In this document: positions 1-10,082 of the stretch, piece by piece | How the letters are laid out: every line of letters begins with the position of its first letter | Position numbering within the stretch: the first letter of the stretch is position 1 | NCBI GenBank assembly: GCA_965215265.1 | Contig: OZ244048.1 | Location: 1,056,001-1,120,000, forward strand | Reading direction: 5' to 3' | Length of the DNA: 64,000 bases | Origin: Candidatus Poribacteria bacterium | GTDB taxonomy: Bacteria > Poribacteria > WGA-4E > WGA-3G | Made by a program: the position numbers and the translations under genes | The notes under the pieces: model-generated | Databases searched by the model: none | What the model was told of the DNA's origin: nothing | The model's input: the letters and a program-made list of their open reading frames with translations, nothing else

Positions 1-573
1 ATGAAAAGGGATTTTATATTCAGCCGCCCAGCCATTTTTGTGAAGTTTGGTCTTTACTTCCCAGACACCGTCCCATGTATTGTCCCACCAACCACTCCCA
101 CCAACAGTGCCGTCTGATATAGAGCCCGATGGATAGACAGTAAACCAGAAAGCACTCTGCCGATTGTAATCCGAATCCAGATTAACGGTGATTTTATCCG
201 AGTCAGCATAATCGTCACGTCTCACCAACCGTGAAACAATTTTATCGGGTTCGCTGTCATAGCACATTACAGCAAAATAGATTGCCTCGTCGTCGTAGGC
301 AATTTGAAAGGTGGTGCGCTCGGTTGCCGGTTTGCCTTCATCCGGATCCCGCTGTCGAAAGCCTCCGTGGAGTGGTGCGGTTTTCCAGACTTCATCGTTC
401 AAAACGCCATCCAGCTGCGGTGGTGTCCCGTTAATTCGGACGGCTCTGGCCGTTCGATGAGCAGATTCTACGTTCTTCTGAGCCATTACGTCGCCCGGGA
501 GTTGCCAGACTAAAAACAGGGCAAATATCCCCCAGGCGCTGAGAAGGTCCCAGACAATTTTCATAGGTTTCAT
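1..573 (-). CDS. Secreted CBM9-like/DUF5916-type carbohydrate-binding protein, 5' part only (runs off left edge; absent from ORF track)
   Basis: Manual translation: MKPMKIVWDLLSAWGIFALFLVWQLPGDVMAQ (signal-like)...PPQLDGVLNDEVWK...FRQRDPDEGKPATERT...YDDEAIYFAVMCYDSEP...RRDD...WDGVWEVKT...GWAAEYKIPF; start 573 or 564. Confidence 0.75.
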   Translation of the reverse strand, partial: MKPMKIVWDLLSAWGIFALFLVWQLPGDVMAQKNVESAHRTARAVRINGTPPQLDGVLNDEVWKTAPLHGGFRQRDPDEGKPATERTTFQIAYDDEAIYFAVMCYDSEPDKIVSRLVRRDDYADSDKITVNLDSDYNRQSAFWFTVYPSGSISDGTVGGSGWWDNTWDGVWEVKTKLHKNGWAAEYKIPFH

Positions 574-859
574 CCTCTATCTCTTCAGAATTTTTTATGG
601 ACTGAAACCCAATTTCTACAGAAAAATTCAGTTTTTCCGCGTTTTTGGTAAGGTATATCAGCATGCTGGGAATCAGAATCAACACTACGAATGCCACATG
701 GCATAAATCAAATCAGAATCAACGCTATGAACGCTTTAATAGCATTCAGCGGGTATCAAGTCTTTTATAGTCTTCCTCGGGTATTTTCTTGATGTTCGCT
801 CAAGCCCCGGCTATTCTCTCGCAAATAAGAAGACGTTTGCGCCATGTTTTTTATGACTC

Positions 860-1393
860 TTAGAGTTCTGCACCACACTTCGGACAGATTTCCTTCCATG
901 TTGAACGTCTGCCTTCACCACAAATATCGCACGTTCCTAACGGATATTCATCCTGCTTTGCACGGCTTCCGCCCTTTTTATAGGTAATAATTCTCCATAC
1001 CGTCTCACCATCTTCTTCATAACAGTGCCATATACCCTCCTTTCTTCCATCTGCGGATGAGTCATCATGTTTTCGGTAAGGGCCGCCCCATTTGCGGTTC
1101 CCATTTTCATAATAACTCATGTAAGTGCCTTCGTTTTTTCCATCACGGAAGGTCGCTTCACTCGCCTTGTTTCCATTTTTGTGGTATTGAATCCAAAACC
1201 CATCTTTCTTACCTTCAATGTAATGCCCTTCGCTTCGTTTAAACCCGTTGGCGTAATACGTTACCCAATAGCCGTGCTTTTTGCCACGGTGCATTTCACC
1301 ATCCATAAGTGATTTTGGCATAATTGAATTCGCGTGACACAGGGTAGGCCGTGTCAATGCTGCCTCCTTTTCAGTTATGAAAGCTATATACAT
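860..1393 (-). CDS. MORN-variant (YwqK-like) repeat protein with C-terminal CxxC...CxxC zinc ribbon
   Basis: Repeats of G-x-W-x-x-Y-Y-x-N-G-x-K-x-S-E-G; tail CDIC...CPKC; real start probably TTG 1357 (AAGGAGG upstream). Confidence 0.75.
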   Translation of the reverse strand: MYIAFITEKEAALTRPTLCHANSIMPKSLMDGEMHRGKKHGYWVTYYANGFKRSEGHYIEGKKDGFWIQYHKNGNKASEATFRDGKNEGTYMSYYENGNRKWGGPYRKHDDSSADGRKEGIWHCYEEDGETVWRIITYKKGGSRAKQDEYPLGTCDICGEGRRSTWKEICPKCGAEL

Positions 1394-1400
1394 CCGCTAT

Positions 1401-2516
1401 TTACAACACGGTGTTAAGATACGTCTCAATTTTTTCCAACTTTTTTTTCCCGATGCCGCGGAAACCCTTTAGCTGCCCTTTATCAATTGCCTTGCGGAGT
1501 GAAATGAGACTATCAATGCTGTGCTCTTCATATAACCGCTTAATCGTCTTCGCACCGAGCCCAGGGATCGGTACGAGTTGTGCAACCGTACGCGGTGTGT
1601 CACAAATACACTCTTCTAACTTTGCACTGGTCCCTGTCTTCAAAAATTCACTGATAATTGTTTCAATAGTTTCGCCTACTCCGGGGATTTCTTCCTGCAA
1701 CCGTCCTTGTTCAAAGACATCCTCAATGGATTCAGGAAAGCGAGAGATCGCATGGGCTAACCATGGGTATCGTGATGCATGCTGTTCAGGATAGTCCGAA
1801 ATAATTAGGAAGGTATGGAGTTCCAAAAGCCGGAGGGCGAGTTCATCGTTACAGTGCCACCGGGTGCGTCCTTTTTCATCTATGTACGCACCCTCTTCAA
1901 GTTGAGGTTCTTGAAGGCTGAGCAATTGACAGATGTTTTCAGGGCGTTCATGTTTGATGGCGAAGTCATAAGGTGTCATTCCATCAAAATTAGGCATGGT
2001 TTTGTCCGCTTCCTGCTTAAGCAGCACCTGGATTATTTCAACAGACGCACATACAGCGGCAACGTGTAGCGGTGTTTCGCCGTTGAAGTCGCCGAATCCC
2101 ATGTCTGATGGTCCCGTTTTGGCTCGTCGGTTTACATCCGCGCCATGCTCAATTAGCAGTTTGACAGAGACTTGCTGGTCCGCTTCAGCTGCGTTGTGTA
2201 ACGGAGTTTCTCCACCGCGAGGCATCGCATGATTGACAGCCGCCCCCTTCTCGATTAAGTATTCAGTAAACGCCAAGTCATCATGGCTGGCAGCGAAACC
2301 GAGAAGGACCCCTTCGCTAAAGGTGTCTTTATTCACATCGCCACCATGTTCCAATAGATATTTGACAATGTTTTTATGCCCCTCAAAATATGCCCACAAG
2401 AACGATGGAATGTTACTAAAGTTCGGATCCGCACCTTTTTCAATCAGTACGCGGACCTGTTCAAAATCACCTTGCTTTGATGCTTCAATCAAGGCATTAT
2501 TCAGTGTCTTACTCAC
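1401..2516 (-). CDS. Ankyrin-repeat protein fused to a DNA polymerase X-like N-terminal helix-hairpin-helix region
   Basis: GETPLH ankyrin repeats, then three HhH motifs (IPGVGE, IPGLGAKT, FRGIGKK); GTG 2516 has GGAGG upstream. Confidence 0.8.
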   Translation of the reverse strand: MSKTLNNALIEASKQGDFEQVRVLIEKGADPNFSNIPSFLWAYFEGHKNIVKYLLEHGGDVNKDTFSEGVLLGFAASHDDLAFTEYLIEKGAAVNHAMPRGGETPLHNAAEADQQVSVKLLIEHGADVNRRAKTGPSDMGFGDFNGETPLHVAAVCASVEIIQVLLKQEADKTMPNFDGMTPYDFAIKHERPENICQLLSLQEPQLEEGAYIDEKGRTRWHCNDELALRLLELHTFLIISDYPEQHASRYPWLAHAISRFPESIEDVFEQGRLQEEIPGVGETIETIISEFLKTGTSAKLEECICDTPRTVAQLVPIPGLGAKTIKRLYEEHSIDSLISLRKAIDKGQLKGFRGIGKKKLEKIETYLNTVL

Positions 2517-3717
2517 TGTTTTTCCTCCATTGCAGAATTTGGATTGTCGCATCCCAAAGTGCGACAGCCAAGTACTTGCCGTTAGGTGAAACCGCTAATG
2601 CTTGAATACCGGTGGGATAAGTTTCCCAAATTACCGATTCGTTCTCGCGGATATTCCATACCCGCAAATTACCGGCCTCATCACCTGAAACAAGATACTT
2701 TGTGTCTGTACTGTTTGAATTGGGGACAAAGGCAATAGCACGGGTCCAATACGCCTCAAACCTATCCTTAGCGAAGAGTTGCGCACCGGTGTGGATGTCC
2801 CAGACGCGAATCCCTGATTTGTTGTTATGCTGTGTATCAACGACGAGCATGGTTTCATCCGGTGAGAAGATGAGGTTCCACATCCCCAGAATTTCACCTG
2901 TGTTGAACACCCATCTCGGGTTGTCTCCATGGTCCACATTCCAAACCTCAATCATCGTGCGATGCCCTTCGCCATCACGATAAGTGCCTTCTGCAGCGGC
3001 GATATAACGACCCGAAGGCGAAAGGGTAAGTCCGTTCCGGACCGGAGACGTTGTCCTAAAAGTTTTATGTTTTACCGGGGCACCTCGCAAAACGTTTGAG
3101 TTTTTGTTATCTTCATGGGCTACTTTGTTCACATCTACCCATTGCAAGAGGCTGAGATGCCACAGTTCGACTTTATCATCTCCCCGGGACAGAGCTGCTA
3201 AGCTTACAGCGTCATTAATATCTCCAACTTCATAAGAACCTTTCATCATCGGTTGTTCTGTATTGGTTTCCACGTTCAATCTGACGATTTGATCATTCGT
3301 TTTTGCGATTAAGAGATAATTCCGCTGAGGAGAATAGGCGAACCACCGTTTTCTTTCGATATTTCCCAACGTTCGCTTTTGTTGTGTCTGGATATTCCAT
3401 TTGACAAGAGTCCCGTCCATGCCGTTGGCAATTAACTTTGTGCCATCTACGTTAAAAGCCATTTGGCGGGCGACATCGGGTAGCAACTTATCCAATGTGG
3501 GTTCCTGCCTCACGCCGAGTTGGAAGGCGAGCTCCAGATTCACCGCATCCACCGACAAGCAAAACGAACCGAGCAGAAGGAGCACAAACGGTGTTTTTAT
3601 TAGAATTTCTCTTTTGCCGTGCTGTGGACGCAGGCATCTCGTGGCAAAGGGCAAACATAAGAGCCCCACCTTCATGGCAGAAAGTTTGTGATAGAACTGA
3701 ATCCGACACCTATTCAT
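2509..3717 (-). CDS. WD40/beta-propeller repeat protein
   Basis: Repeats such as LVSGDEAGNLRVWN, LAVSPNGKYLAVALWDATIQI, IRVWD; ATG 3717 has GGAG upstream. Confidence 0.8.
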   Translation of the reverse strand: MNRCRIQFYHKLSAMKVGLLCLPFATRCLRPQHGKREILIKTPFVLLLLGSFCLSVDAVNLELAFQLGVRQEPTLDKLLPDVARQMAFNVDGTKLIANGMDGTLVKWNIQTQQKRTLGNIERKRWFAYSPQRNYLLIAKTNDQIVRLNVETNTEQPMMKGSYEVGDINDAVSLAALSRGDDKVELWHLSLLQWVDVNKVAHEDNKNSNVLRGAPVKHKTFRTTSPVRNGLTLSPSGRYIAAAEGTYRDGEGHRTMIEVWNVDHGDNPRWVFNTGEILGMWNLIFSPDETMLVVDTQHNNKSGIRVWDIHTGAQLFAKDRFEAYWTRAIAFVPNSNSTDTKYLVSGDEAGNLRVWNIRENESVIWETYPTGIQALAVSPNGKYLAVALWDATIQILQWRKNSE

Positions 3718-3887
3718 AAAGTTTCTCCGCGGTTTCACTGTTGGGGTCGTTTCCGGCACTACGACGAATATCCATTGCCCACTGAGCAAGCTCAACTATT
3801 ACTTGATTACGAGCAGGATGTTGCTTACACTTGTGCCATTCTTCAAACACAGTACAAAGTGGACTGAGGAGATTCCACCGGTTATCG

Positions 3888-5177
3888 TCACGGTTTCATC
3901 ATCTTATTTTTTTCTGTCGCACTTAAATTAGAGAGAAACTTCGCAACAGATTTGTTTTTCGCCTTTTCGGCATAGTCGAGCGGTGTTTGTCCATCTGCAT
4001 CGCGGGCATTTCTATTACCACCGTTTTCAATGAGCAGCTGCACTTGGTTTTTCCCGACTCCTTTTTGCGCGATGATGTGCATCGGCGTTCTTCCTTTATC
4101 GTCCACTACGTTCGGGTCTGCTCCATTTTCCAATAAGCAAGCAATACCGGATGTCAATCCGCGCTGCACAAGCCAATGGAGGGGTGCCCACATTCCGCGT
4201 CGATGCTTTTGCCGTGCGTTAATATCCCAGCCGTTGCTAAGAAATAGTTTCACCAATTGATTAAATCTGCGTGGTCCTTGGCCGACAAGCGAGTACCACT
4301 CTCTTAGCTTAATTTGATAACCGGACGCTATGAGCATGTCAATGATTCTGGGCTGCTTGAATCGGAGTGCGACTTCGAGCAGTGGGGTGTTCGGTCCTAC
4401 TGCGTAAGCGTATACATGCCCACCTGGCACCTCGCCGACTCTCTTACAATGTTTGTAGGGCCAATTTAACGGGGCAACGGCATAGCCGTCGGTAAGCTCG
4501 CTTTTTATCCGAAGATCGAGGAGTTCAGGATTTTCTTTTAACGCCGCCTTCGCGCGTTCAACATTTCCTATCGCACAGTACAACACAATGTCGCTCTCTG
4601 CGCCCTGTTCAAGTAGATAGCGGCACACATCAGGCCGATTCGACATCGTCCACTGTGCGGGGGTTCCGTTATGGTCCCGGTCGCGCGCGTTTATGTCTGC
4701 GCCTTGGGCAAGCAGCAGCGCAGCAATTCGGGGTGTTGCAGAAAAATGGAGTGGGGACATGCCATCACACCCTGGGGCATTAACGACATCCGGGTTTTCA
4801 CGAATGAGTGCCTCAAGTCTATCTGGCATATCCAGACCAGCGGCTGCATGCGCATCAATTGTAGCACCCCGCCGAATAAGATGTTGTGCTAACTTACGGT
4901 TGTAGTTTAGCATTGAACCTGTCACGTGGTGTAATGCTGAGGTCCCACCTGCCCACCATTTGCTTTTGATATCAATATCTGCCCCGGCATCAAGCAAAAC
5001 ATCAATAAGCGCGCGGTTTCTAATTGCGGCTGCAAATACAACCGCAGGGGCATCAAAGTCAAACCACGGTTCATCAATACATGAAACGAGCTCTGCATCA
5101 CTTGCCAATAGAGTTTTGACTCTTTCTACTTCGCCGTTTTGTATCGCCTCAATAAATGCAGTCTTATTCGTTTCCAT
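3888..5177 (-). CDS. Ankyrin-repeat protein
   Basis: Multiple SPLH/TPMH/TPLD and GADINARD ankyrin motifs. Confidence 0.88.
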   Translation of the reverse strand: METNKTAFIEAIQNGEVERVKTLLASDAELVSCIDEPWFDFDAPAVVFAAAIRNRALIDVLLDAGADIDIKSKWWAGGTSALHHVTGSMLNYNRKLAQHLIRRGATIDAHAAAGLDMPDRLEALIRENPDVVNAPGCDGMSPLHFSATPRIAALLLAQGADINARDRDHNGTPAQWTMSNRPDVCRYLLEQGAESDIVLYCAIGNVERAKAALKENPELLDLRIKSELTDGYAVAPLNWPYKHCKRVGEVPGGHVYAYAVGPNTPLLEVALRFKQPRIIDMLIASGYQIKLREWYSLVGQGPRRFNQLVKLFLSNGWDINARQKHRRGMWAPLHWLVQRGLTSGIACLLENGADPNVVDDKGRTPMHIIAQKGVGKNQVQLLIENGGNRNARDADGQTPLDYAEKAKNKSVAKFLSNLSATEKNKMMKP

Positions 5178-5332
5178 TATCTATTTCCTTTTTTGTTAAT
5201 GGAAGTGTTCAAGTTTATCTGGTATGGAGATTCTTGTATTCATCTCGTCAGATCTTTGGAATTAAGGTGGAATGCGCTAATCGCATTCCACAGGTGATTT
5301 TCCGTATATGAGATGGTAATCTATTTTAAATT

Positions 5333-5361
5333 ATTATATCATAATAAACGTTAAGTATCAA
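5333..5361 (-). promoter_or_regulatory. Sigma70-type promoter for the ankyrin/WD40 cluster
   Basis: Minus strand TTGATA-17 bp-TATAAT. Confidence 0.6.
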
Positions 5362-5488
5362 GAAAATTTTTCGTACCAGCGGTATAACAGGGCAGAAGCA
5401 GGAACTGATGCTGTTGATACCGGCTGCTCTTGGGCGGATTGGGAAAGGAGAGCAGACTGCAAGTTATGATGATAGTATAAAAGTGCTT

Positions 5489-6820
5489 TTAACCTATCGC
5501 CTTATATACGTACAATGCAAGGAACAAGAAAGCAAAGAGGTGAATAAGTCCGTGTGCCTCTTTCCGACACCCGGTTATGAGTTTGAAAAAAGAATAGGTG
5601 ATAAATCCGAAGGCGATACCATCGGTAATGCTGAAGGCAAGCGGCATCATTACCAAGGTTAGGAACGCGGGTATTACTTCGGTAACATCGTCCCAATCAA
5701 TATTTGCAACGTTTCTGAGCATTAAACTACCTACAACGACTAAGGCAGGTGCAATAATCGGATAGAGCACCATATTTTCAGCGGTAAGATGCCCTGCCCC
5801 AACAAGTTTTACAAGTGGATAAAAAAACAGTGCCAACAACATGAGCAGTCCTGTCACAATAGCAGTCAGCCCAGTGCGGCCGCCTGCGGCGATGCCGGAG
5901 GCGCTTTCAATGTAACTTGTCACGGTGGAGGTCCCGAGGAGTGCACCAGATGCTGAACCGACTGCATCTGCTAGGAGTGCCTGCCGCGCTTTAGGGAGTT
6001 TCCCGCCTTTTAGGATGTTTGCCTGCTGTCCGAGTGCCGTGAACGTGCCAATGCTGTCGAACATGTCCACGAAAAAGAAACCGAGAATAAGAGCCAGAAG
6101 CGTCGGCGCGCTGAAGATGTTCGGAAGCTGTAATTTGAAGAAGGTCGACTCAAGAGATGGCGGTGCGGCAACGATCCCTTCAAATTTAGTAAGCCCAAAG
6201 ATGAGGTTGACCGCGGATGAGACCAGTATCCCTATTAGAAGCGCGCCTGGAACTTTGCGTGCAATAAGGATCAGTGTTAAGGCAATACCGAATAGCGCGA
6301 GAAGCACGCCCGGTGAACTGAAATCGCCTAGCGTGACAAATGTGACAGGATGGGCGATAATGATACCTCCCATCCGCAAGCCGATGAAAGCAATGAAAAA
6401 GCCAATCCCTACAGCAATTGAATGTTGAAGCACCGGTGGAATCGCGTTCATCACGGCTTCTCGGACCCCAATGAATGCAAGCAGGATGAATAATACCCCG
6501 GATATGAAGACCATTCCTAATGCCTCTTGCCACGGAACCCCTGCTGTAATACAGACGGTGAACACAAAATACGCGTTAATGCCCATGCCGGGGGCAAGCG
6601 CAATCGGGTAGTTCGTTAGAAACGCCATCAGGAACATCGCACCTGCAGACGAAATACAGGTGGCAGCCATCACAGCACCACTATCCATACCGGCTTGTGC
6701 AAGGAGAGCCGGGTTCACAAAAATAATATAAGACAAGGTCATGAAGGTGGTACAACCTGCTGCGATTTCTCGCTTGAGTGTTGTGCCTAGTTCTTCACAT
6801 CGAAAGAGTTTTTCTAACAT
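5489..6820 (-). CDS. NCS2/AzgA-family nucleobase (purine) permease
   Basis: TTFMTLSYIIFVNP, PIALAPGMGINAYF, YIESASGIAAGGRTGL motifs; many TM segments. Confidence 0.92.
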   Translation of the reverse strand: MLEKLFRCEELGTTLKREIAAGCTTFMTLSYIIFVNPALLAQAGMDSGAVMAATCISSAGAMFLMAFLTNYPIALAPGMGINAYFVFTVCITAGVPWQEALGMVFISGVLFILLAFIGVREAVMNAIPPVLQHSIAVGIGFFIAFIGLRMGGIIIAHPVTFVTLGDFSSPGVLLALFGIALTLILIARKVPGALLIGILVSSAVNLIFGLTKFEGIVAAPPSLESTFFKLQLPNIFSAPTLLALILGFFFVDMFDSIGTFTALGQQANILKGGKLPKARQALLADAVGSASGALLGTSTVTSYIESASGIAAGGRTGLTAIVTGLLMLLALFFYPLVKLVGAGHLTAENMVLYPIIAPALVVVGSLMLRNVANIDWDDVTEVIPAFLTLVMMPLAFSITDGIAFGFITYSFFKLITGCRKEAHGLIHLFAFLFLALYVYKAIG

Positions 6821-6986
6821 TTTGTCGTTTCCTAAGGGGTGTGTCCAGGAGCTCTGTGTAAAAACTTCGGTTATTCATTAGGCATGGGTTCCCCTATGCG
6901 GTGATTTATCACCCATCACAGAACGAAAATAGATGCTAACACTTGGACACATCTTGACTTTATGATACCAATTGTCGTCAGAATTT

Positions 6987-8231
6987 TTATGCATTCTTTA
7001 AGGTAAACCGGACTGAGTCAAACCGGCGCGCTAACTTCGCAACTTCGAGTTTGACGATATCGGGTTCCTTACCGGAGAGTGCGGAGACAATACATTCGGC
7101 AATTTCTGGCGCGTCTGAGACGGTCATCCCCCACCGAGTCACCTCTTGCACACCGAGACGCAATCCGGATATGCCTACCTCCGGCGGTAACCCAGCGGTA
7201 CCTGCTATGATATGGCATGCTTCTAATTGTGCGGCTAGCTCGCTGCCCTCACCAAATGCATCCATGATTGGTATCAAGGTGTGTGACTCTGTAAAATCGA
7301 GTTCCGCACCAAGCATTGGAACTTCGCGATCGGCCAATGCGTGTCCTAAAGCCTTTGCATTTGCAACAATTGCATCTGCATGTTCTTGCCCGCATGCCAT
7401 CCACTCCAAAAACGTCCCAGCTAATGCTGGTAACCGGCTCAAATGGTGATTGCTCATCAGTAACGGGTAGAGCGTCTGCGCAATCCGTTCGGCAATGTCC
7501 GGATCGTTTGTTAAAATCATGCCGCCTTGTGGTCCCGCCAAGGTTTTGTGCGTACTTGAAATGATGACATCCGCGCCTTCATCAAAAGGTGGTTGGAACC
7601 GCCCTCCGGCGATGAGCCCGATGACATGTGCTGCATCGTAGATGAGATAGGATTCCGGATTCGCCTGGCGCATAGCGGCTTTGAGCTCGGCAACCGGTTG
7701 CGGAAATAGAAACACACCGGAGCCAATGTTCACCAACTTCGGGCGATGTTCCTCAATGAGCGCGACCGTCGCATCGAGATTGATATTAGATCGTGGGCCG
7801 TCCCACGGAATGAGAATTGATGTCAGATTTACCTGCAGCGGTGACGATGCCAACTTGTAGGCATAGCGGTGCCCGTTGTGAACCTCCAATGCTGTATCGC
7901 CCGGTTCACCGAGCGCGAATGTTGTTGCAATCCCTGCGATGTTCCCAGAAAGCGGACGAAAATCGACATGCGCTGCACCAAAGAGCTTCTTTGCCAATTC
8001 GTGCGTGTACGCCTCGATTTCGGCGATGTGACGGTTCCCTTTGTAATGCCGCCGGTAAAGATCTGTGCCGATATAATTCCCATACCGTCGCGCTAGCCGC
8101 TCGTCAAAAAATTCCTCTACCAACGGAGAAGGTGTATTCTCCGAAGCGATAAGATTGAGACAGCTCTTCCGATACTGATGATGCGTATCAAGAAGTGAGG
8201 TCAGTTTTTGCACTTCTATAGCGTAATTCAT
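6987..8231 (-). CDS. Divergent serine hydroxymethyltransferase-family PLP enzyme
   Basis: LNLIASEN, YDAAHVIGLIAGG, STHKTLAGPQGG (PLP lysine), SGLRLG. Confidence 0.85.
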   Translation of the reverse strand: MNYAIEVQKLTSLLDTHHQYRKSCLNLIASENTPSPLVEEFFDERLARRYGNYIGTDLYRRHYKGNRHIAEIEAYTHELAKKLFGAAHVDFRPLSGNIAGIATTFALGEPGDTALEVHNGHRYAYKLASSPLQVNLTSILIPWDGPRSNINLDATVALIEEHRPKLVNIGSGVFLFPQPVAELKAAMRQANPESYLIYDAAHVIGLIAGGRFQPPFDEGADVIISSTHKTLAGPQGGMILTNDPDIAERIAQTLYPLLMSNHHLSRLPALAGTFLEWMACGQEHADAIVANAKALGHALADREVPMLGAELDFTESHTLIPIMDAFGEGSELAAQLEACHIIAGTAGLPPEVGISGLRLGVQEVTRWGMTVSDAPEIAECIVSALSGKEPDIVKLEVAKLARRFDSVRFTLKNA

Positions 8232-8309
8232 TGAAAATTTACCCCCTCTGCGGCTGAACTTGAAACAATGGAATCAGCACTCACTTTAAGAGAACTTTAA
8301 TAAAAAGGC

Positions 8310-8338
8310 TTGACATGCTAAAGAGAGCTCGGTATCAT
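8310..8338 (+). promoter_or_regulatory. Sigma70-type promoter
   Basis: TTGACA-17 bp-TATCAT upstream of CDS at 8376. Confidence 0.65.
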
Positions 8339-8375
8339 GGAACTAACCTTCTAAAAATGAGGAAACTGTACCGTT

Positions 8376-9728
8376 ATGGCAAAAACTACCGATATCCGTA
8401 TCCTTGATGTCCAGTACAACTTTGAAGAGCACCAATACCGCACCCCACTTAAGTTCGGCGGCGTTCCTACCGACCACTGCATTCTTTTTAATGTGTCGGT
8501 ACGAGTACAGACACGTGACGGTAAAGAAGCTGTCGGAAAAGGCTCCATGCCTCTCGGCAACGTGTGGGCTTTTCCACCGCGCTATGCACCGTTTGAACAG
8601 AGTCTCGCAGCGATGAGACAACTCGCCGAATTGGCAGTGTCAGCAACGCAAGCCTGCAATCTCTGCGCACATCCACTTGAGTTTTCCGAGACATTGGAAC
8701 CTGAATTCCTGCGAGTTGCTGAAGAGCTGTCTCACCGCATGCAACTGCCTGCACTAATGCCTAAGCTCTGCACCGTTGTTACGACAAGTCCCATTGATGC
8801 AGCGATTCACGATGGATTTGGAAAGGCAAACGGTATTAACAGTTATAACGGATTAAATGAAGAATTCGTTACCGCGGATCTGTCTGATTTTCTGAATAAC
8901 CGCTTCACCGGAAAATATCTCGATCGGTATACGTTGCGGCAGCCGAAAGCGACCATGCCCCTCTATCATCTTGTCGGTGCTTTGGACGCATTAACAGATG
9001 CTGATATTGAATACCGTCTCAACGACGGATTACCCGAAACGCTTTCTGAATGGATTATAACAGATGGCCTGACACATCTCAAGATTAAACTCAACGGCGA
9101 TGACTTGGAATGGGATGTTGATCGTGTACTGGCAATAGATCGAATTACCGCGGAGACACAAGCAAAACGTGGCGTGCGGACGTGGTATTATTCCGCCGAC
9201 TTCAATGAAACATGTCAAGATGTCGAATATCTATTGGAATTCCTCAATTGCATCCAAGAAGGGGAAGGACATGCCTTTCAACGTCTGGCGTACATTGAAC
9301 AACCCACGGACCGCAACCTGAAAGCAAATCCGGAAAACCGTATGCACAAAGCTGCTGAGATAAAACCGGTGGTGATTGACGAATCCCTGACCGATTTTGA
9401 AACGTTTCTATTGGCACGCGAGCAAGGCTACTCCGGTGTCGCCCTCAAGGCGTGTAAGGGGCAGTCTCAAGCGTTGCTGATGGGTGCCGCGGCCGCGGAG
9501 TACGGCATGTTCCTCGCGGTGCAAGACCTGACGTGTCCAGGTGCATCCTTTCTACATTCTGCAGGACTTGCAGCCAGAATCCCTGGTGTCACGGCTATTG
9601 AAGGGAATGCCCGACAATTCTGCCCCAGCGCAAATGATAATTGGTGCGATAAATTTCCGACAATTTTTAACATTACCGATGGAACCGTGGGCACGCACGT
9701 GCTTACCGCCCCCGGGCTTGGACATTAA
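8376..9728 (+). CDS. Enolase superfamily (mandelate racemase-like) enzyme
   Basis: RTPLKFGG, HLKIKL (KxK), DFNE, IEQP, IDES metal ligands, ALKACKG. Confidence 0.8.
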   Translation: MAKTTDIRILDVQYNFEEHQYRTPLKFGGVPTDHCILFNVSVRVQTRDGKEAVGKGSMPLGNVWAFPPRYAPFEQSLAAMRQLAELAVSATQACNLCAHPLEFSETLEPEFLRVAEELSHRMQLPALMPKLCTVVTTSPIDAAIHDGFGKANGINSYNGLNEEFVTADLSDFLNNRFTGKYLDRYTLRQPKATMPLYHLVGALDALTDADIEYRLNDGLPETLSEWIITDGLTHLKIKLNGDDLEWDVDRVLAIDRITAETQAKRGVRTWYYSADFNETCQDVEYLLEFLNCIQEGEGHAFQRLAYIEQPTDRNLKANPENRMHKAAEIKPVVIDESLTDFETFLLAREQGYSGVALKACKGQSQALLMGAAAAEYGMFLAVQDLTCPGASFLHSAGLAARIPGVTAIEGNARQFCPSANDNWCDKFPTIFNITDGTVGTHVLTAPGLGH

Positions 9729-10074
9729 CACCCACGTCTTGATTTACGTTATTGCCTGTTTCTGGCTCGGCGACTGTAATGTTAGTCACCACGTTACGTT
9801 TTTCCGGGAGCCGAACCGGGAAATCTTTGATAACGTCAGCGATGAGTTGTTTGACTATCGCTTTGACGGAATCAAATGGAATACACTCTAAAATGATTAT
9901 GGAACGATGTTTGGCGGGTGCGATGTCGTAATTCAACCCATATTGTAGTCCTAACTGTATGAGTTCAGGTTCAACGGAGATCGAAATCTGCCGGCGTTCT
10001 TGCGGTGTGATGTAAAAACTATCTACAATAAAGGATGTGTGAATCCACGTTTCTCTCTCTTCAACGATTTTCAT
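9703..10074 (-). CDS. Hypothetical protein
   Basis: 123-aa ORF directly behind a consensus promoter; protein-like composition. Confidence 0.65.
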   Translation of the reverse strand: MKIVEERETWIHTSFIVDSFYITPQERRQISISVEPELIQLGLQYGLNYDIAPAKHRSIIILECIPFDSVKAIVKQLIADVIKDFPVRLPEKRNVVTNITVAEPETGNNVNQDVGVNVQARGR

Positions 10075-10082
10075 AATGGCAC

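Noticed and set aside
231-697. Short ORF-track calls at the left edge
   Set aside because: Overlap the minus-strand CBM9-like CDS (1-573), which the track missed because its stop is outside the window.
860-1393. MORN/YwqK-like gene as the antitoxin of a toxin-immunity pair
   Set aside because: No recognisable adjacent toxin; the repeat type alone does not establish this function.
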